NCBI GenBank assembly: GCA_028279215.1
Contig: JANQOF010000048.1
Coordinates: 6,533 to 70,532, forward strand
Origin: Pirellulales bacterium
Lineage (GTDB): Bacteria; Planctomycetota; Planctomycetia; Pirellulales; Lacipirellulaceae
Direction of reading: 5' to 3'
Length of the DNA: 64,000 nt
The notes under the pieces are model-generated. The model was not told where the DNA came from, did not search any database, and saw only the letters and a list, made by a program, of their open reading frames with translations. A program made the translations under genes and the position numbers. How positions within the stretch are numbered: position 1 is the first letter of the stretch; each line of letters starts with the position of its first letter. This document shows, piece after piece, positions 20,701 to 30,279 of the stretch.

Positions 20701-21038
20701 TCGTCGACGACGACTTGACGGCTGGGCGTCACTTCCGACGGACGGAAACAGATGACCGGTGTAGTTGTGAACAGGGCGAGATCGTCGGCCAGCGAGTCGA
20801 TCATAGCTGGCCGCGGGAGAACGACTACGAGCGTCGCGGGACACCCATCGGCAAGCGCCGCGGCAGCGAGCGCGCAAGACGAACCCCAAACTCCGCCCAG
20901 CGTGCCGCTGTGGCCGGCAGCTAAACTGGCCTGCACGTCAGCGAAGCGGTCGAGTCGCTCAAGCTCGGCGGTCAACGAAATCAGCGAACCAACTTCGGCG
21001 CGCTGCTCGGTGACCACAGGGTTCTCGTCCATGGTCAT
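17772..21038 (-). CDS. mfd: Transcription-repair coupling factor Mfd
   Basis: UvrB-like N-terminus, CarD-like RID (VVHVAHGIGRY), CGDVGFGKTE, DEEQRFG, TATPIPRTL, QLRGRVGR, TRCF C-terminus. Confidence 0.97.
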   Translation of the reverse strand: MTMDENPVVTEQRAEVGSLISLTAELERLDRFADVQASLAAGHSGTLGGVWGSSCALAAAALADGCPATLVVVLPRPAMIDSLADDLALFTTTPVICFRPSEVTPSRQVVVDEIEGERLRVVKQLVGHPGQARLVVTSIQALMQPVPTREVLAESTRTLAVGEIIDQEELTEWLAQRGCHGTSAVELPGEFAVRGGIIDVFPPDALAPVRIELFGDEIESIREFDVATQRSLAGREHVGITLLDPASPPRSHLASHIPEGSWFVVVEPADVEEEGRYFHERQESPDRLHSVKTTLAEIYKFPSATASGVPEGSYETTCHLGFESVERFSGDLNKVREELESVVGNERVVLVCETAAEIERLQELFAKSPLLSGGRLRFVIGRLHEGFRIVPRSVVLLSAAELFHRHASVARSSRSYQGRAIDSFLELKQGDLVVHVAHGIGRYRGMKLLDKEGRAEEHLEIEYDGGTRIYVPSFRIELVQKYVGGKKLRPPLAKIGGKAWVRQKRAAEQAVHDLAAEMIELAAKRDARPGIRFPDDTPWQREFDNAFPYQETADQMTAIADIKADMQATRPMDRLLCGDVGFGKTEMAIRAAFKAVDAGYQVAVLVPTTVLAEQHRRTFSERMSEFPYEIAAVSRFCTTREQNEILQRTKEGKVDVLIGTHRLASADVEFANLGLLIIDEEQRFGVAIKERLKAMRTVVDVLTMTATPIPRTLHLSLLGVRAISNLETPPADRVAVETRVTRFNDELVRSALLRELNRGGQAYFVHNRVHDIQNVADRLAEIVPEARICVGHGQMPEGQLEEVMFKFVAHEYDILLATTIIESGLDIPNANTMFIDDADRYGLADLHQLRGRVGRYKHRAYCYLLIDENRHLSPEAARRLRAIEEFSQMGAGFALSMRDLEIRGAGNLLGTQQSGHIATVGYEMYCAMLEKAVRQFKNMPPPESIDVNIDLPGAAYLPPDYVGDARTKIDLYRRLARLTTTEQLEEFHTELGDRFGPTPKLVNGLLERARLRVWAHAWGIHSLHRDGRYVVLAYGNRAKLRRLVERAGRQLRVADAQSAYFLLSDPEGPPESLIAEIKSLLQPAAAAA

Positions 21039-21114
21039 CGGGTATTGTAGCGCCGGGGCCGAGAATCAGCCAGGGAAATGCGGTGTACGAAGCTACCGGT
21101 CGTCGTATCGCCGT

Positions 21115-21396
21115 TCAGGGTTCTTCGTCCGCGTCGAACAGAAATCGGTCGACGCAGGCCAAACCACCGAGCGCCAGCGCAAAACCGACCGCCGCGCCAG
21201 CGCTCTTGGCTGCGTCGCGAAGCAGGTAGTAGTCGACTTCGTCGGCTTGCAGTGTGCCGCAGAAGCGGACGAAATAGTAAATCGCAAACCCGGCAGACGC
21301 CCACGTGACGATTAGCGCCAGCCAGGCTGCGCACTCCACCGTTCGTTCGAAGAGCCAAGCCACGCGAACAGCCCTTGTACACTTGAGACTAGCCAT
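21115..21396 (-). CDS. Small two-TM hypothetical membrane protein
   Basis: 93-aa ORF with two hydrophobic helices; no recognisable family. Confidence 0.5.
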   Translation of the reverse strand: MASLKCTRAVRVAWLFERTVECAAWLALIVTWASAGFAIYYFVRFCGTLQADEVDYYLLRDAAKSAGAAVGFALALGGLACVDRFLFDADEEP

Positions 21397-21507
21397 ATCA
21401 CCATCGAGCGCGGTATCCGCGAGTATGGTACGCGTTTTTCGAGCGGCTGTAAATCGACGCGGTTACTCGATAGGCACGAACCAACTAGGTGTTAACGGTT
21501 TGTTGAG

Positions 21508-21730
21508 TCAGTTCCGCGGACCGTAGGGCGTAACCCTCGGAATCCAACACCGAATCTAACGGTAATACTCGTCGAAGCGAGCCCCAAACACATCGGTGAG
21601 ATGCGATTCCTCTATCCGCCGCCCAAAATAGTTGCTTCACAAACGGCACCATCCAGATCGCGATCCACCAGCCAAAGCCAGCGATTGCCTGGGCCGCGAG
21701 ATAGACAGAAATCTGTCCGGATGTCGGCAT
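21508..21730 (-). pseudogene. Internally deleted remnant of an isoprenylcysteine carboxyl methyltransferase (ICMT/PEMT)-like membrane protein
   Basis: N-terminal YLAAQAIAGFGWWIAIWMVPFVK joined in another frame to the C-terminal EESHLTDVFGARFDEYYR*IRCWIPRVTPY; stop at 21556-21558. Confidence 0.55.
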
Positions 21731-21804
21731 TACGCCAGCGTAGCAACAACTAAGAGTCTGTATTCGACTTCGTTTGTGTTGCAATCTGACTTGGGAGTCT
21801 TCAA

Positions 21805-22400
21805 ATGGTCGCAATTCGATACACAGGTGACGAGCGTTGGGAAAGGATCGAACGGGCTGTGGAGAAGGTTAAGGAACGTCTCCACCGCGTCGCAACGGCC
21901 CCTTGATGCCGCGAACGTTCCGTATGCGGTCGTCGGCGGCAAAGCGGTTCAAATTTGGGTCGCTCAGGTCGACGAATCGGCTGTGCGTAACACGCGCGAT
22001 GTAGACATCGTACTGAATCGCAACGACTTAGAACCGGCGAAGTCGGCGCTCGAGGCGGCAGGCTTCGTGTATCGGCACTTCGCAGACGTTACGATGTTCC
22101 TCGATGGCCCCGACGCCAAAGCCCGCGACGCGGTGCATGTAGTGTTCGCTGGTGAGAAGGTTCGCCCTGAGTATTCCTAGCCCGTGCCCAACATCGAAGA
22201 GTGCGAGCGGATCAAGAACGTTAGCACGCTAAGTGTCGAATCGCTCGTGCGGATGAAGCTCACAAGTTTTCGCGACAAGGACCGAATGCACCTCCGCGAT
22301 ATGCTCGACGTAGAACTCATCGACGATAGACTGGTTGCCACGGTTCTCGCCGGAGTTGCAAACTCGGCTGCAAGAGTTGATTGATGATCCGGATGGGTGA
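21805..22400 (+). pseudogene. Nucleotidyltransferase-fold protein pseudogene
   Basis: WERIERAVEKVKERL, frameshift near 21900, PYAVVGGKAV..RNTRDVDI, TAG at 22178, LVRMKLTSFRDKDRMHLRDM, frameshift near 22330, ELQTRLQELIDDPDG*. Confidence 0.75.
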
Positions 22401-22438
22401 GAACTCGCAAACATTCGACGTCAGCATGGTGCTGCAAA

Positions 22439-23281
22439 TCAGGTGAGAGAGTCCGGATTCTTGTGTGACTTCTTTGCGTCAGATGCAAGGCGACGTTCGA
22501 CTTTCTTTACGTCCTCTGCGGCGGGCAATGCTTCTGGACGAATGCCGCGCTGGAGTAGCGTATTTCGAACTGCCCGATTGTTGGTAACATGCTCAGCAGA
22601 AATTGATCGCTCTGATGTCATGCTCTCTTCACGGGCGTTGTGAATGGTGATCTCGGTGGCAAAATCCTTCGCTTTCAGGATGATCGTCGGAGCAAAGTCT
22701 GCCAGCGGCCTGTTAGCCGGCACCTTCCATTGCGCCTTCATAGATTGAGTTGACTTTCCGAACAGAGCGTGATCGCCTTTGCTTCTGATCAAACCAAAGT
22801 TCTGATTCCCGCCGGTCTGCTGATAGATTACCGACGAAAGTTCCTTCTCAGTCGATGTCAATTTATGTCTAGCGTCTATGCGTTCAGACTCGAGCAGTCT
22901 TTTCTCTATAAATTCAGCTTTTCTGGTCTGCAGGGCAAAATACGATTGGGCAAATGCAATTTCAGGCTTCTTGGGATCTCCATTCTGCGCGACAAGATAG
23001 CACGCATACCGCGTCAGCATGCAGTCGTCGATCTCGCGTTGACTCCCAGACCCAAGCTCCACCATTTTGGTAACGTCAACAAAATGGTCACTTATGCCAT
23101 GCCCTGAGACCTCGCACGCCGTCTTGGCTTTGCTCAAAACAGCTACAAAATTTCGCCATTCCATGTAGCCAAGGAGGTGCTGAAGATCTCGGGCGAGCCA
23201 AAATTCGACACCTGATTCGGTCTCTTGTGCGTGGGCCTCGAAATCATCCGTGAGCTGAAGCACTGTTTCATGCTTGATCAT
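22439..23281 (-). CDS. dinD: DNA damage-inducible protein D (Bro-N-like)
   Basis: EFWLARDLQHLLGY..WRNF, LTRYACYLVAQNGDPKKPEIAFAQSYFA, ADFAPTIILKAKDFATEIT. The alternative start 23347 has a strong RBS. Visibly more AT-rich than its neighbours. Confidence 0.88.
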   Translation of the reverse strand: MIKHETVLQLTDDFEAHAQETESGVEFWLARDLQHLLGYMEWRNFVAVLSKAKTACEVSGHGISDHFVDVTKMVELGSGSQREIDDCMLTRYACYLVAQNGDPKKPEIAFAQSYFALQTRKAEFIEKRLLESERIDARHKLTSTEKELSSVIYQQTGGNQNFGLIRSKGDHALFGKSTQSMKAQWKVPANRPLADFAPTIILKAKDFATEITIHNAREESMTSERSISAEHVTNNRAVRNTLLQRGIRPEALPAAEDVKKVERRLASDAKKSHKNPDSLT

Positions 23282-23368
23282 CAGACCGGTGCCTTGGGGG
23301 GTGAGCATGGGCTGCCAGCATATAGAGGCTAACAGAAATGTGTACATGCGTCAACCACCTCCAGCGAA

Positions 23369-25303
23369 CTAAATCACCCCTCGCGCCTCCAGCATCTCCA
23401 CGACCTTCGCCGCACACTCATCGAACGAGAGTTCGCTGGTCGGCAGCACCAAATCTGGCTTGGCTGGGACTTCGTACTCGCCGCTGGTTCCAGTGAAACC
23501 AGGCATTTCGCCGGCATCGGCTTTGGTGTAAACGCCCTGGTCGTCGTGTTCGCGGCACCATTCGACGGGCGCGGCGACGTGGGCTACTAGGAACCGCTCG
23601 CGGCCTACCACTTCCGCAGCTCTTTGCCGGACTTCTTCGTGCGGGGCGACGAACGCCGCGATCGTGATCAGCCCCGCGTTGTTGAGCGTCTTGGCTACCT
23701 CGGCGGCGCGGCGGACGTTTTCGCTACGGTCATCGGTCGAGAACCCTAAATCGCGCGACAACCCACGTCGCATGTTCTGCCCGTCGATCACGACAACCGC
23801 GCGCCCGCGATCGAACAGCATCCGCTCGATCGCGTTGGCGATGGGCGTTTTGCCGGCGGCAGGCATTCCCGTTAGCAGCACCGTGGCTGCCTTTTGGCCG
23901 TAACGGGCTTCGCGTTCCTCAGCCGTAACGGGACTGGTGCGGACTTCGAGCGACTCGCTCGCCTCGTCGTCCCAGTGATCCGACTGCTCGGCCGTCTTGC
24001 GGTCGAGAATCATCCCTGCGCCAACGGTGATGTTCGACACACGATCGATCAAAATGAACGCGCCGGTGCTGCGATTGTCGCGGTAGCCGTCGAACGACAG
24101 TGGCTGGTTCGCTTTGATCAGCACGCGCCCGATCTCGTTGAGGCCTAACGATGGCGTGGGCGTGCGGTGCAGTGTGTTGACGTCGATCCGATAGCGGAGC
24201 GTCGTGACCTTACACGATGCTAGTCGGGTGCAGTGCTTGATGATGTAGTCGCGACCCGGCAGCAGCGGCTCGTCCGCCATCCAAACCACCGTGGCGTCGA
24301 ATCGATCGGTGACTTGCGGCAGATTATCGGGCCGTACGATCGTGTCGCCACGGCTAATGTCGATCTCGTCTTCAGTGGTCAGCGTAATCGCCTGTGGAGC
24401 GAACGCTTCGTCGACATTGCCGTCAAACGTGACGATGCTCTTCACACGGCTTCGTGCTCGGGACGGCAACGACATCACCTCGTCGCCTTTCTTCACCACG
24501 CCCGAGGCAATCGTGCCGCAGAAGCCGCGAAAGTCGAGGTTAGGCCGATTGACGTACTGCACTGGAAATCGAAAGTCGATCAAATTTCGATCCGACGCAA
24601 TGTGCACGTTCTCCAGGTGGTGCATCAACGTCGAGCCTTCGTACCATGGCGTGTTTTCGCTGTGCTCGAGAAGGTTGTCGCCGTTGAGCGCGCTAATCGG
24701 CACAAAGTGCTGGTCTGGCATGTCGAGCCGCGTGGCGAAGTCGCGATACTCCTGAATGATCTCGTCGAATCTCTCTTCGGAGAAGTCAACCAGGTCCATC
24801 TTGTTCACCGCGACCAGCACGTGCTTAATGCCCAAGAGCGACACAATGAACGAGTGCCGCTTGGTCTGCTCCATCACCCCATGGTCGGGGCGTGCGTCGA
24901 TAAGAATGATCGCCAGATCGCAAGTCGACGCGCCGGTTGCCATGTTGCGCGTGTACTGCTCGTGGCCTGGACAGTCGGCAATGATGAATTTCCGCTTGGC
25001 CGTCGAGAAGTAACGGTAGGCGACGTCGATCGTAATACCCTGCTCCCGCTCTGCCTTGAGCCCGTCGGTCAGCAGCGCGGGGTCGAATCCGCCGCCGGTC
25101 GTCCCGAATTTTTTACTATCGACCTCGAGCGCCGCGAGCTGGTCCTCATAGACCATTTTCGAATCGAACAGCAGCCGGCCAATAAGCGTGCTCTTGCCAT
25201 CGTCGACGCTACCGCACGTAAGAAACCGCAGCAGCTCCTTATTCTCGTGCTGCTTGAGATAAGCGTCGATGTCGGTAGCAATTAGTTCGCTTTGATGACT
25301 CAT
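23369..25303 (-). CDS. cysNC: Sulfate adenylyltransferase subunit 1 fused to an APS kinase domain (CysN/CysC)
   Basis: [49 protein letters not shown]; C-terminal kinase-like domain [23 protein letters not shown]. Confidence 0.95.
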   Translation of the reverse strand: MSHQSELIATDIDAYLKQHENKELLRFLTCGSVDDGKSTLIGRLLFDSKMVYEDQLAALEVDSKKFGTTGGGFDPALLTDGLKAEREQGITIDVAYRYFSTAKRKFIIADCPGHEQYTRNMATGASTCDLAIILIDARPDHGVMEQTKRHSFIVSLLGIKHVLVAVNKMDLVDFSEERFDEIIQEYRDFATRLDMPDQHFVPISALNGDNLLEHSENTPWYEGSTLMHHLENVHIASDRNLIDFRFPVQYVNRPNLDFRGFCGTIASGVVKKGDEVMSLPSRARSRVKSIVTFDGNVDEAFAPQAITLTTEDEIDISRGDTIVRPDNLPQVTDRFDATVVWMADEPLLPGRDYIIKHCTRLASCKVTTLRYRIDVNTLHRTPTPSLGLNEIGRVLIKANQPLSFDGYRDNRSTGAFILIDRVSNITVGAGMILDRKTAEQSDHWDDEASESLEVRTSPVTAEEREARYGQKAATVLLTGMPAAGKTPIANAIERMLFDRGRAVVVIDGQNMRRGLSRDLGFSTDDRSENVRRAAEVAKTLNNAGLITIAAFVAPHEEVRQRAAEVVGRERFLVAHVAAPVEWCREHDDQGVYTKADAGEMPGFTGTSGEYEVPAKPDLVLPTSELSFDECAAKVVEMLEARGVI

Positions 25304-25309
25304 GGGAAG

Positions 25310-25419
25310 GACGGGATAACGGGATGATCAGGATCGACGGGATGATTTACTACATAGCTCTAGTACTTAAGAGAGTCGACAGATGATCCTGTTTATCCTG
25401 CCGATCCTGTCATCCTGTC
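25310..25419. repeat. 110-bp intercistronic inverted repeat built of 8-9 nt (GA)CRGGAT units
   Basis: Left arm gacgggat-aacgggat-gatcaggat-cgacgggat; right arm atcctgttt-atcctgccg-atcctgtc-atcctgtc, with mirrored 8/8/9/9 unit lengths. Confidence 0.75.
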
Positions 25420-25421
25420 GG

Positions 25422-26333
25422 TTAGTAATAGCCTTGCTTCTTCTTCTCCTCCATCGACGCCCCCGGGTCTTTGTCGATTGCTCGGCCTTCGCGTTCGCTA
25501 CGGGTCGCTAGCAGCATTTCTTGGATGATCTCTGGTAGGGTGCTTGCACGGCTTGGCGTGGCGCCGGTAAGTGGATAGCAGCCGAGCGTTCGGAAGCGGA
25601 CCCACATCGGCTTGGCGGTCTTGCGGAGTTCCTCGGGCATGCGATCGTCGTCGACGGCGATCAGGTTGCCATCGAACTCCACCACCTCGCGCTCCGCGGC
25701 ATAGTAGGCCGGCACGATCTGGATATCCTCCAGGTGGATGTACTGCCAAATGTCGAGCTCCGTCCAATTGCTCAACGGGAACGCTCGGATCTGCTCGCCT
25801 TTGTGCACCAATCCGTTGTACAAGTTCCACAGCTCGGGCCGCTGGTTTTTTGGGTCCCAGGCGTGTTCGGCGTTGCGGAACGAGTAGACACGTTCCTTCG
25901 CTCGACTTTTTTCCTCGTCGCGGCGTCCTCCTCCGAACGCTGCATCGAAGTCGTACTTGTCGAGCGCTTGTCGCAGCGCGCCGAGGTTCATCACCTCCGT
26001 GAATGCCTTGCTACCGATGACAAACGGGTTGAGCCCTTGCTTGAGTCCCTCTTCGTTGGAGTGCACCAGGCACTCCATGCCGAGTTCGCCGATGATGTAT
26101 CGGTCGCGGAACTCATACATCGCCCGGAAGTTCCAGGTCGTGTCGATCAGCAGCAGTGGGAAGGGCGGCTTGGCGGGATAGAACGCTTTGCGGGCCAAGT
26201 GCAGCATCACGCACGAATCCTTGCCCATGGAGAACAGCATCACCGGGTTGCGAAACTCGGAGACCACCTCACGAATGATGTGGATGCTCTCGGCTTCAAG
26301 CTGCTTGAGGTGCGTAAGGCTGTAGGAAGACAT
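25422..26333 (-). CDS. cysD: Sulfate adenylyltransferase subunit 2
   Basis: [67 protein letters not shown]. Confidence 0.96.
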   Translation of the reverse strand: MSSYSLTHLKQLEAESIHIIREVVSEFRNPVMLFSMGKDSCVMLHLARKAFYPAKPPFPLLLIDTTWNFRAMYEFRDRYIIGELGMECLVHSNEEGLKQGLNPFVIGSKAFTEVMNLGALRQALDKYDFDAAFGGGRRDEEKSRAKERVYSFRNAEHAWDPKNQRPELWNLYNGLVHKGEQIRAFPLSNWTELDIWQYIHLEDIQIVPAYYAAEREVVEFDGNLIAVDDDRMPEELRKTAKPMWVRFRTLGCYPLTGATPSRASTLPEIIQEMLLATRSEREGRAIDKDPGASMEEKKKQGYY

Positions 26334-26466
26334 CGAGTAAGCGAGCAAGGAGCGTGAACTAAGGAACCAGCTAGCCGGACCGGCCCAGGCTTAACGGGGG
26401 CTGCGGCTCAGGAAACCTAGATAATCCCACATCATCGGCGGAGCCGCGGGCGGCGTCCAGGGTGGG

Positions 26467-26832
26467 CTAGCCGGCTCTACGCAGGAAGAATACGCCTGTT
26501 GCTGCCATTACAGCCCCAGTGACCGAGAGTGCGGTGCCAGTGTGCCGCCGTAATCCCCGTGCCCGCTCAAGCTTTTGCTCCGCAAGTCCCAACCTTTCGA
26601 TTGCGGCGGCTAACTCGGTGTCGGCTTGTCCGTTGGGTTCAACCGGTTTGCTACGCGCCGCGTGAACACGATCGGTTGCATCAGTCCACTCCTGAGCATC
26701 TACCTCAGACCAATACACCTCGCTGGGCACCAGCATGCTCCAACTCAACCCCAGCCCCACGAGCACTACTCCGATCGCGGCCAACGTGTAACCCAATAGA
26801 CTTCGAGTTGGTTTCAGCGAGTCGTCGGACAT
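26467..26832 (-). CDS. Hypothetical two-TM membrane protein
   Basis: 121 aa; N- and C-terminal hydrophobic helices flanking a helical loop. Confidence 0.6.
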   Translation of the reverse strand: MSDDSLKPTRSLLGYTLAAIGVVLVGLGLSWSMLVPSEVYWSEVDAQEWTDATDRVHAARSKPVEPNGQADTELAAAIERLGLAEQKLERARGLRRHTGTALSVTGAVMAATGVFFLRRAG

Positions 26833-26886
26833 CGAGTGGCCGCAAATGCTGGCGAGTGGGAATGTTGCGATCCGCTTCCGACGATG

Positions 26887-27960
26887 CTATTCGTTCGGCA
26901 GAATCTGTCCGTCGTCAACGCCGATCATATACAACATTCGGAATTCATCAACGTCTTCAGAAAGGAACTCCACGTGCCCATCGACGAAGCCCGCAGTTAC
27001 ACCACCAACATGAAGACTCCGTGGCGCGGCCGAAACGTAACCGTATTCAAGTGGTCTCTGTGCCACGCAGGGCATGCGCTCGAGTTGTGCTGAAGCTTTG
27101 TCTTTGTTTGGGCAATCGTACAGCACATCGGGTAACGTTCCGTTAGGAACTTGTGTGAATCCAAGCGAGCGATCGTCGGGTGCGAAGCTCAAACTCGACC
27201 TCGGAACGTCTTCTTCCCTGTTCTGGCTGTAGTACTCGGGATGAAAATCCATTGAAAGCAGAGTTGCTCCAGACCAAGGCAACAACCATGCGCCGCGTTC
27301 ATCGTACTGTTCGTCGCGCGACCGCACTTCCGAGAGCATCAGCGTCAAGCTCGTGCCATCTAGCACGCGTCGAAGCGACATGCCGTACAACGCGATCGGT
27401 CCCGTATGGTGAAAGGAGTCGATATGGAACGGGCTGGAGTACGCCGCGTAACTGGCCTTTCCAATCAACGCTGGGCGAGTTCCGTAACCACGTGGAGTCG
27501 CATACAGCCGACCAGCGGTCTCGCTGCTAGGGCATAGGAGCGAGGGCGGCGGATCAGCAAGCACCGCGTCTGGTGCCTCGGTTAGGTGTTGGTTCGGATC
27601 GATCTGATCGTAGATGTTTTGCTGCTCCATGTGAGGTAGCACATCATAGACCCAGTTCTGTTGCGTACCGCTCCTCAAATCGACGCGCCAATCAGCGCTG
27701 TCCCAAAACACGGCTTCGCCCGGCGAGCCAAAGTGCCCAGCCGCGGGAAGCTCTCGCGTGACGGAAGCATAATTCTGAATCGCTAGCGCAAGCTGCTTTA
27801 CGTTGTTGAAGCACTGAATCCGCCGCGCCGCTTCGCGGGCTTGTTGCACTGCGGGTAACAGCAGCGACACCAAGACGCCGACAATCGCAATCACGACCAG
27901 CAGTTCCACGAGCGTGAAACCTTGCCGAGGGCTCGACTTGATCGACGGGCGCAAAATCAA
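26887..27960 (-). CDS. DUF1559 prepilin-type N-terminal cleavage/methylation protein with H-X9-DG C-terminus
   Basis: [43 protein letters not shown]; [11 protein letters not shown]; [16 protein letters not shown]. Start uncertain. Confidence 0.9.
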   Translation of the reverse strand: MILRPSIKSSPRQGFTLVELLVVIAIVGVLVSLLLPAVQQAREAARRIQCFNNVKQLALAIQNYASVTRELPAAGHFGSPGEAVFWDSADWRVDLRSGTQQNWVYDVLPHMEQQNIYDQIDPNQHLTEAPDAVLADPPPSLLCPSSETAGRLYATPRGYGTRPALIGKASYAAYSSPFHIDSFHHTGPIALYGMSLRRVLDGTSLTLMLSEVRSRDEQYDERGAWLLPWSGATLLSMDFHPEYYSQNREEDVPRSSLSFAPDDRSLGFTQVPNGTLPDVLYDCPNKDKASAQLERMPCVAQRPLEYGYVSAAPRSLHVGGVTAGFVDGHVEFLSEDVDEFRMLYMIGVDDGQILPNE

Positions 27961-28149
27961 TGGGCGAAGATCAGTGTGATCAGCAGCGAGAGTCTGTTCC
28001 CAATACTCTAGAAGTCTTGCAGTATAACCGCAAAGTGCCGATGTGGCACGCAACTGCTTGTTTGTACGAATTGGCGACGAATTCGACCGCCGAAAACGGG
28101 ACAATCGGCTAAGTTTACGCTGCGGCGATCTGCATGACTGTAGGCTGGC

Positions 28150-30279
28150 CTACAGATTGCGTGGGATGAAGCCGAAGTCGAGTCCAAACACAAACAGCAT
28201 CAGACAGACGATGAACGCCAGCCCTGCCAGGTTCATTACGCCGGCGATGTTCTCGTTGGCTGGCCGGCCTTTGACTGCTTCGTAGGCCAAGAACACCATG
28301 TGCCCGCCGTCGAGTACGGGTATCGGCAAGAAATTAACCACCGCCAGGTTGGCACTGATGAGGGTGAGGAACAGCAGTAATCGACCGGGGCCCTCCATCG
28401 CGCCAAAATAGCTGGCCTTGGCGATCGTGATGGGGCCGCCAAGCGCAGTGGCGGGAATGTCGCCTTGCACCAGTCGGTTCAAGAAGCGGTAGACGCTCGT
28501 CAGCGCGTCTTTCGTCTCGCTCCAAGCCATGCTCGCTTGCTCGCCAAGAGTCGCACCGCTGCGGACTTCGAGAATTGGTGTCCACGCCAAACCACGTTCG
28601 GCGTTAAACGAATTGGCATCCTCAGCAATACCCACCTTCACCTTGACGGGGTCCTTCGCGCCGTCACGCTCAATCTCGAACTCCAGCTCACTGCCCGGCG
28701 GCACGTCTTGGATTGCGGCAAGCACGTGCGCCCAAGCTTGCTGGTCGTCGGAAACCTCGAGCGGTTCTTTCCACCCTTTGTACTCCTTGCTGTACTCCTC
28801 TGGCACAAGGAGCTTTGCGGAGGCAATCTTGTCGCCCGGCTTGAGTTTCGCTTTCTGGGCGGGGGAATCCGGCAACACACCCTCAACCTCGCGAAGCAGG
28901 TAGTAGGCGACGCCAAGCGCGGGCGCGGAAGCTGGACTCTTGGGGTTAAACGGCTTCTCTGCCCAGTCGACTTTCCTTAGCTGAACTGGCACGGTTTCGC
29001 TTGTGCCTTCCGAGTTCTCACGAACGATCTCCAATTCGACCGTTGCGCCATCCCGACCCATTTCAGACAACTTGTCACCGAGTGTGCGAGGGTCCCAACC
29101 AACAGCGCCATCCTCGAGCATGCCAATCGGCTTGCCATCGATGGCGACAATACGGTCCCCAACCTTGAGCCCAGCCTGTTCGGCCGGCGAACCTTCTTGA
29201 ATCGCGGTGATCGGGCCCATCGGCATCACCAAGCCAACATACTCGGCCGTGTTGGGTGCGATCTCGACTTTCACCAACTCGCCCTGGCTGGTTTCGCCCT
29301 TGGCATCGGTTCCCTCTTCGGCGGGCGCCGCAAGCGTTATCGACACGGGCTGGGATGCATTTTCGACAAGCACCGCTTGCGCTTCGCTGTACTTTGCGAC
29401 AGGCGTGCCGTTGATCGCTGTAACCGTACTTCCGCCGGGGATTTGATCTTCAACGGCCGCTGCGGGTGTAAACGCGCGTGCCGGCTCCTTCTTACGGAGT
29501 TTGAGCGAAAGGGGATTCGCCACACCAATTTGGGCAATCTTTCGCCGCTCACGCGAAGGCTGGATGGTGATGGTTTCGATGTCGCCAGTGCGGGCCTTCT
29601 TGATTTCGAACTCGACCGGATCGTCATTACCGGTGAGCGTGACCTCGTTGCGGAGTTGGTCGTACCAGGGATTCTTGATGTCGTCGATGCGGAGAATCGT
29701 GTCGTCGGCTTGCAGGCCGGCCACCCAGGCCGGCGCGCCGGGATCGGTACCGCTGACAATACACGGCATGCTCGGCACACCGATGCGAAACGCGACGAGC
29801 GCGAATACGAACGCGAAAATCACGTTCATCACCACGCCGGCGGAAATAATCAACATCCGTTGCCATACCGGCTTGGCGATGTAGCTACGGGCGTCCACCA
29901 CGTGCTTCTCGCCCTTGGGACCGATGATCTCTTTGGTGGCGACACCTTCCTCGCCCACGGAAGCTTCACTCTCGCGAATCTGCTCTTCGTTCATCCGCGG
30001 GTCGTCATTCTGCCCCAGCATGCGGACGTAGCCGCCAAGTGGCAGGATGCCGACGCCGTAGTAGGTTTCGCCAATTTGCCTGCCGATCTTATAGCCGCCG
30101 ATGTCGAAGCCGATCATGAATTTATCGCACTTCACGCCGCACGCCTTGGCCACCAGGAAATGGCCCAGTTCGTGAACGAAGATGATAAAGCCCAACCCAG
30201 CGGCAGCAGCCAGGATGGCCAGCGTGCCGACTCCGTAAGCGGCCCAATCGATTGATGCAACTACAGTGTTTAAGCACAT
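28150..30279 (-). CDS. rseP: RIP metalloprotease RseP (M50) with multiple PDZ domains
   Basis: FVHELGHF, GILPLGGYVRM, ISAGVVMN, NFLPIPVLDGGH; follows dxr. Confidence 0.93.
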   Translation of the reverse strand: MCLNTVVASIDWAAYGVGTLAILAAAAGLGFIIFVHELGHFLVAKACGVKCDKFMIGFDIGGYKIGRQIGETYYGVGILPLGGYVRMLGQNDDPRMNEEQIRESEASVGEEGVATKEIIGPKGEKHVVDARSYIAKPVWQRMLIISAGVVMNVIFAFVFALVAFRIGVPSMPCIVSGTDPGAPAWVAGLQADDTILRIDDIKNPWYDQLRNEVTLTGNDDPVEFEIKKARTGDIETITIQPSRERRKIAQIGVANPLSLKLRKKEPARAFTPAAAVEDQIPGGSTVTAINGTPVAKYSEAQAVLVENASQPVSITLAAPAEEGTDAKGETSQGELVKVEIAPNTAEYVGLVMPMGPITAIQEGSPAEQAGLKVGDRIVAIDGKPIGMLEDGAVGWDPRTLGDKLSEMGRDGATVELEIVRENSEGTSETVPVQLRKVDWAEKPFNPKSPASAPALGVAYYLLREVEGVLPDSPAQKAKLKPGDKIASAKLLVPEEYSKEYKGWKEPLEVSDDQQAWAHVLAAIQDVPPGSELEFEIERDGAKDPVKVKVGIAEDANSFNAERGLAWTPILEVRSGATLGEQASMAWSETKDALTSVYRFLNRLVQGDIPATALGGPITIAKASYFGAMEGPGRLLLFLTLISANLAVVNFLPIPVLDGGHMVFLAYEAVKGRPANENIAGVMNLAGLAFIVCLMLFVFGLDFGFIPRNL

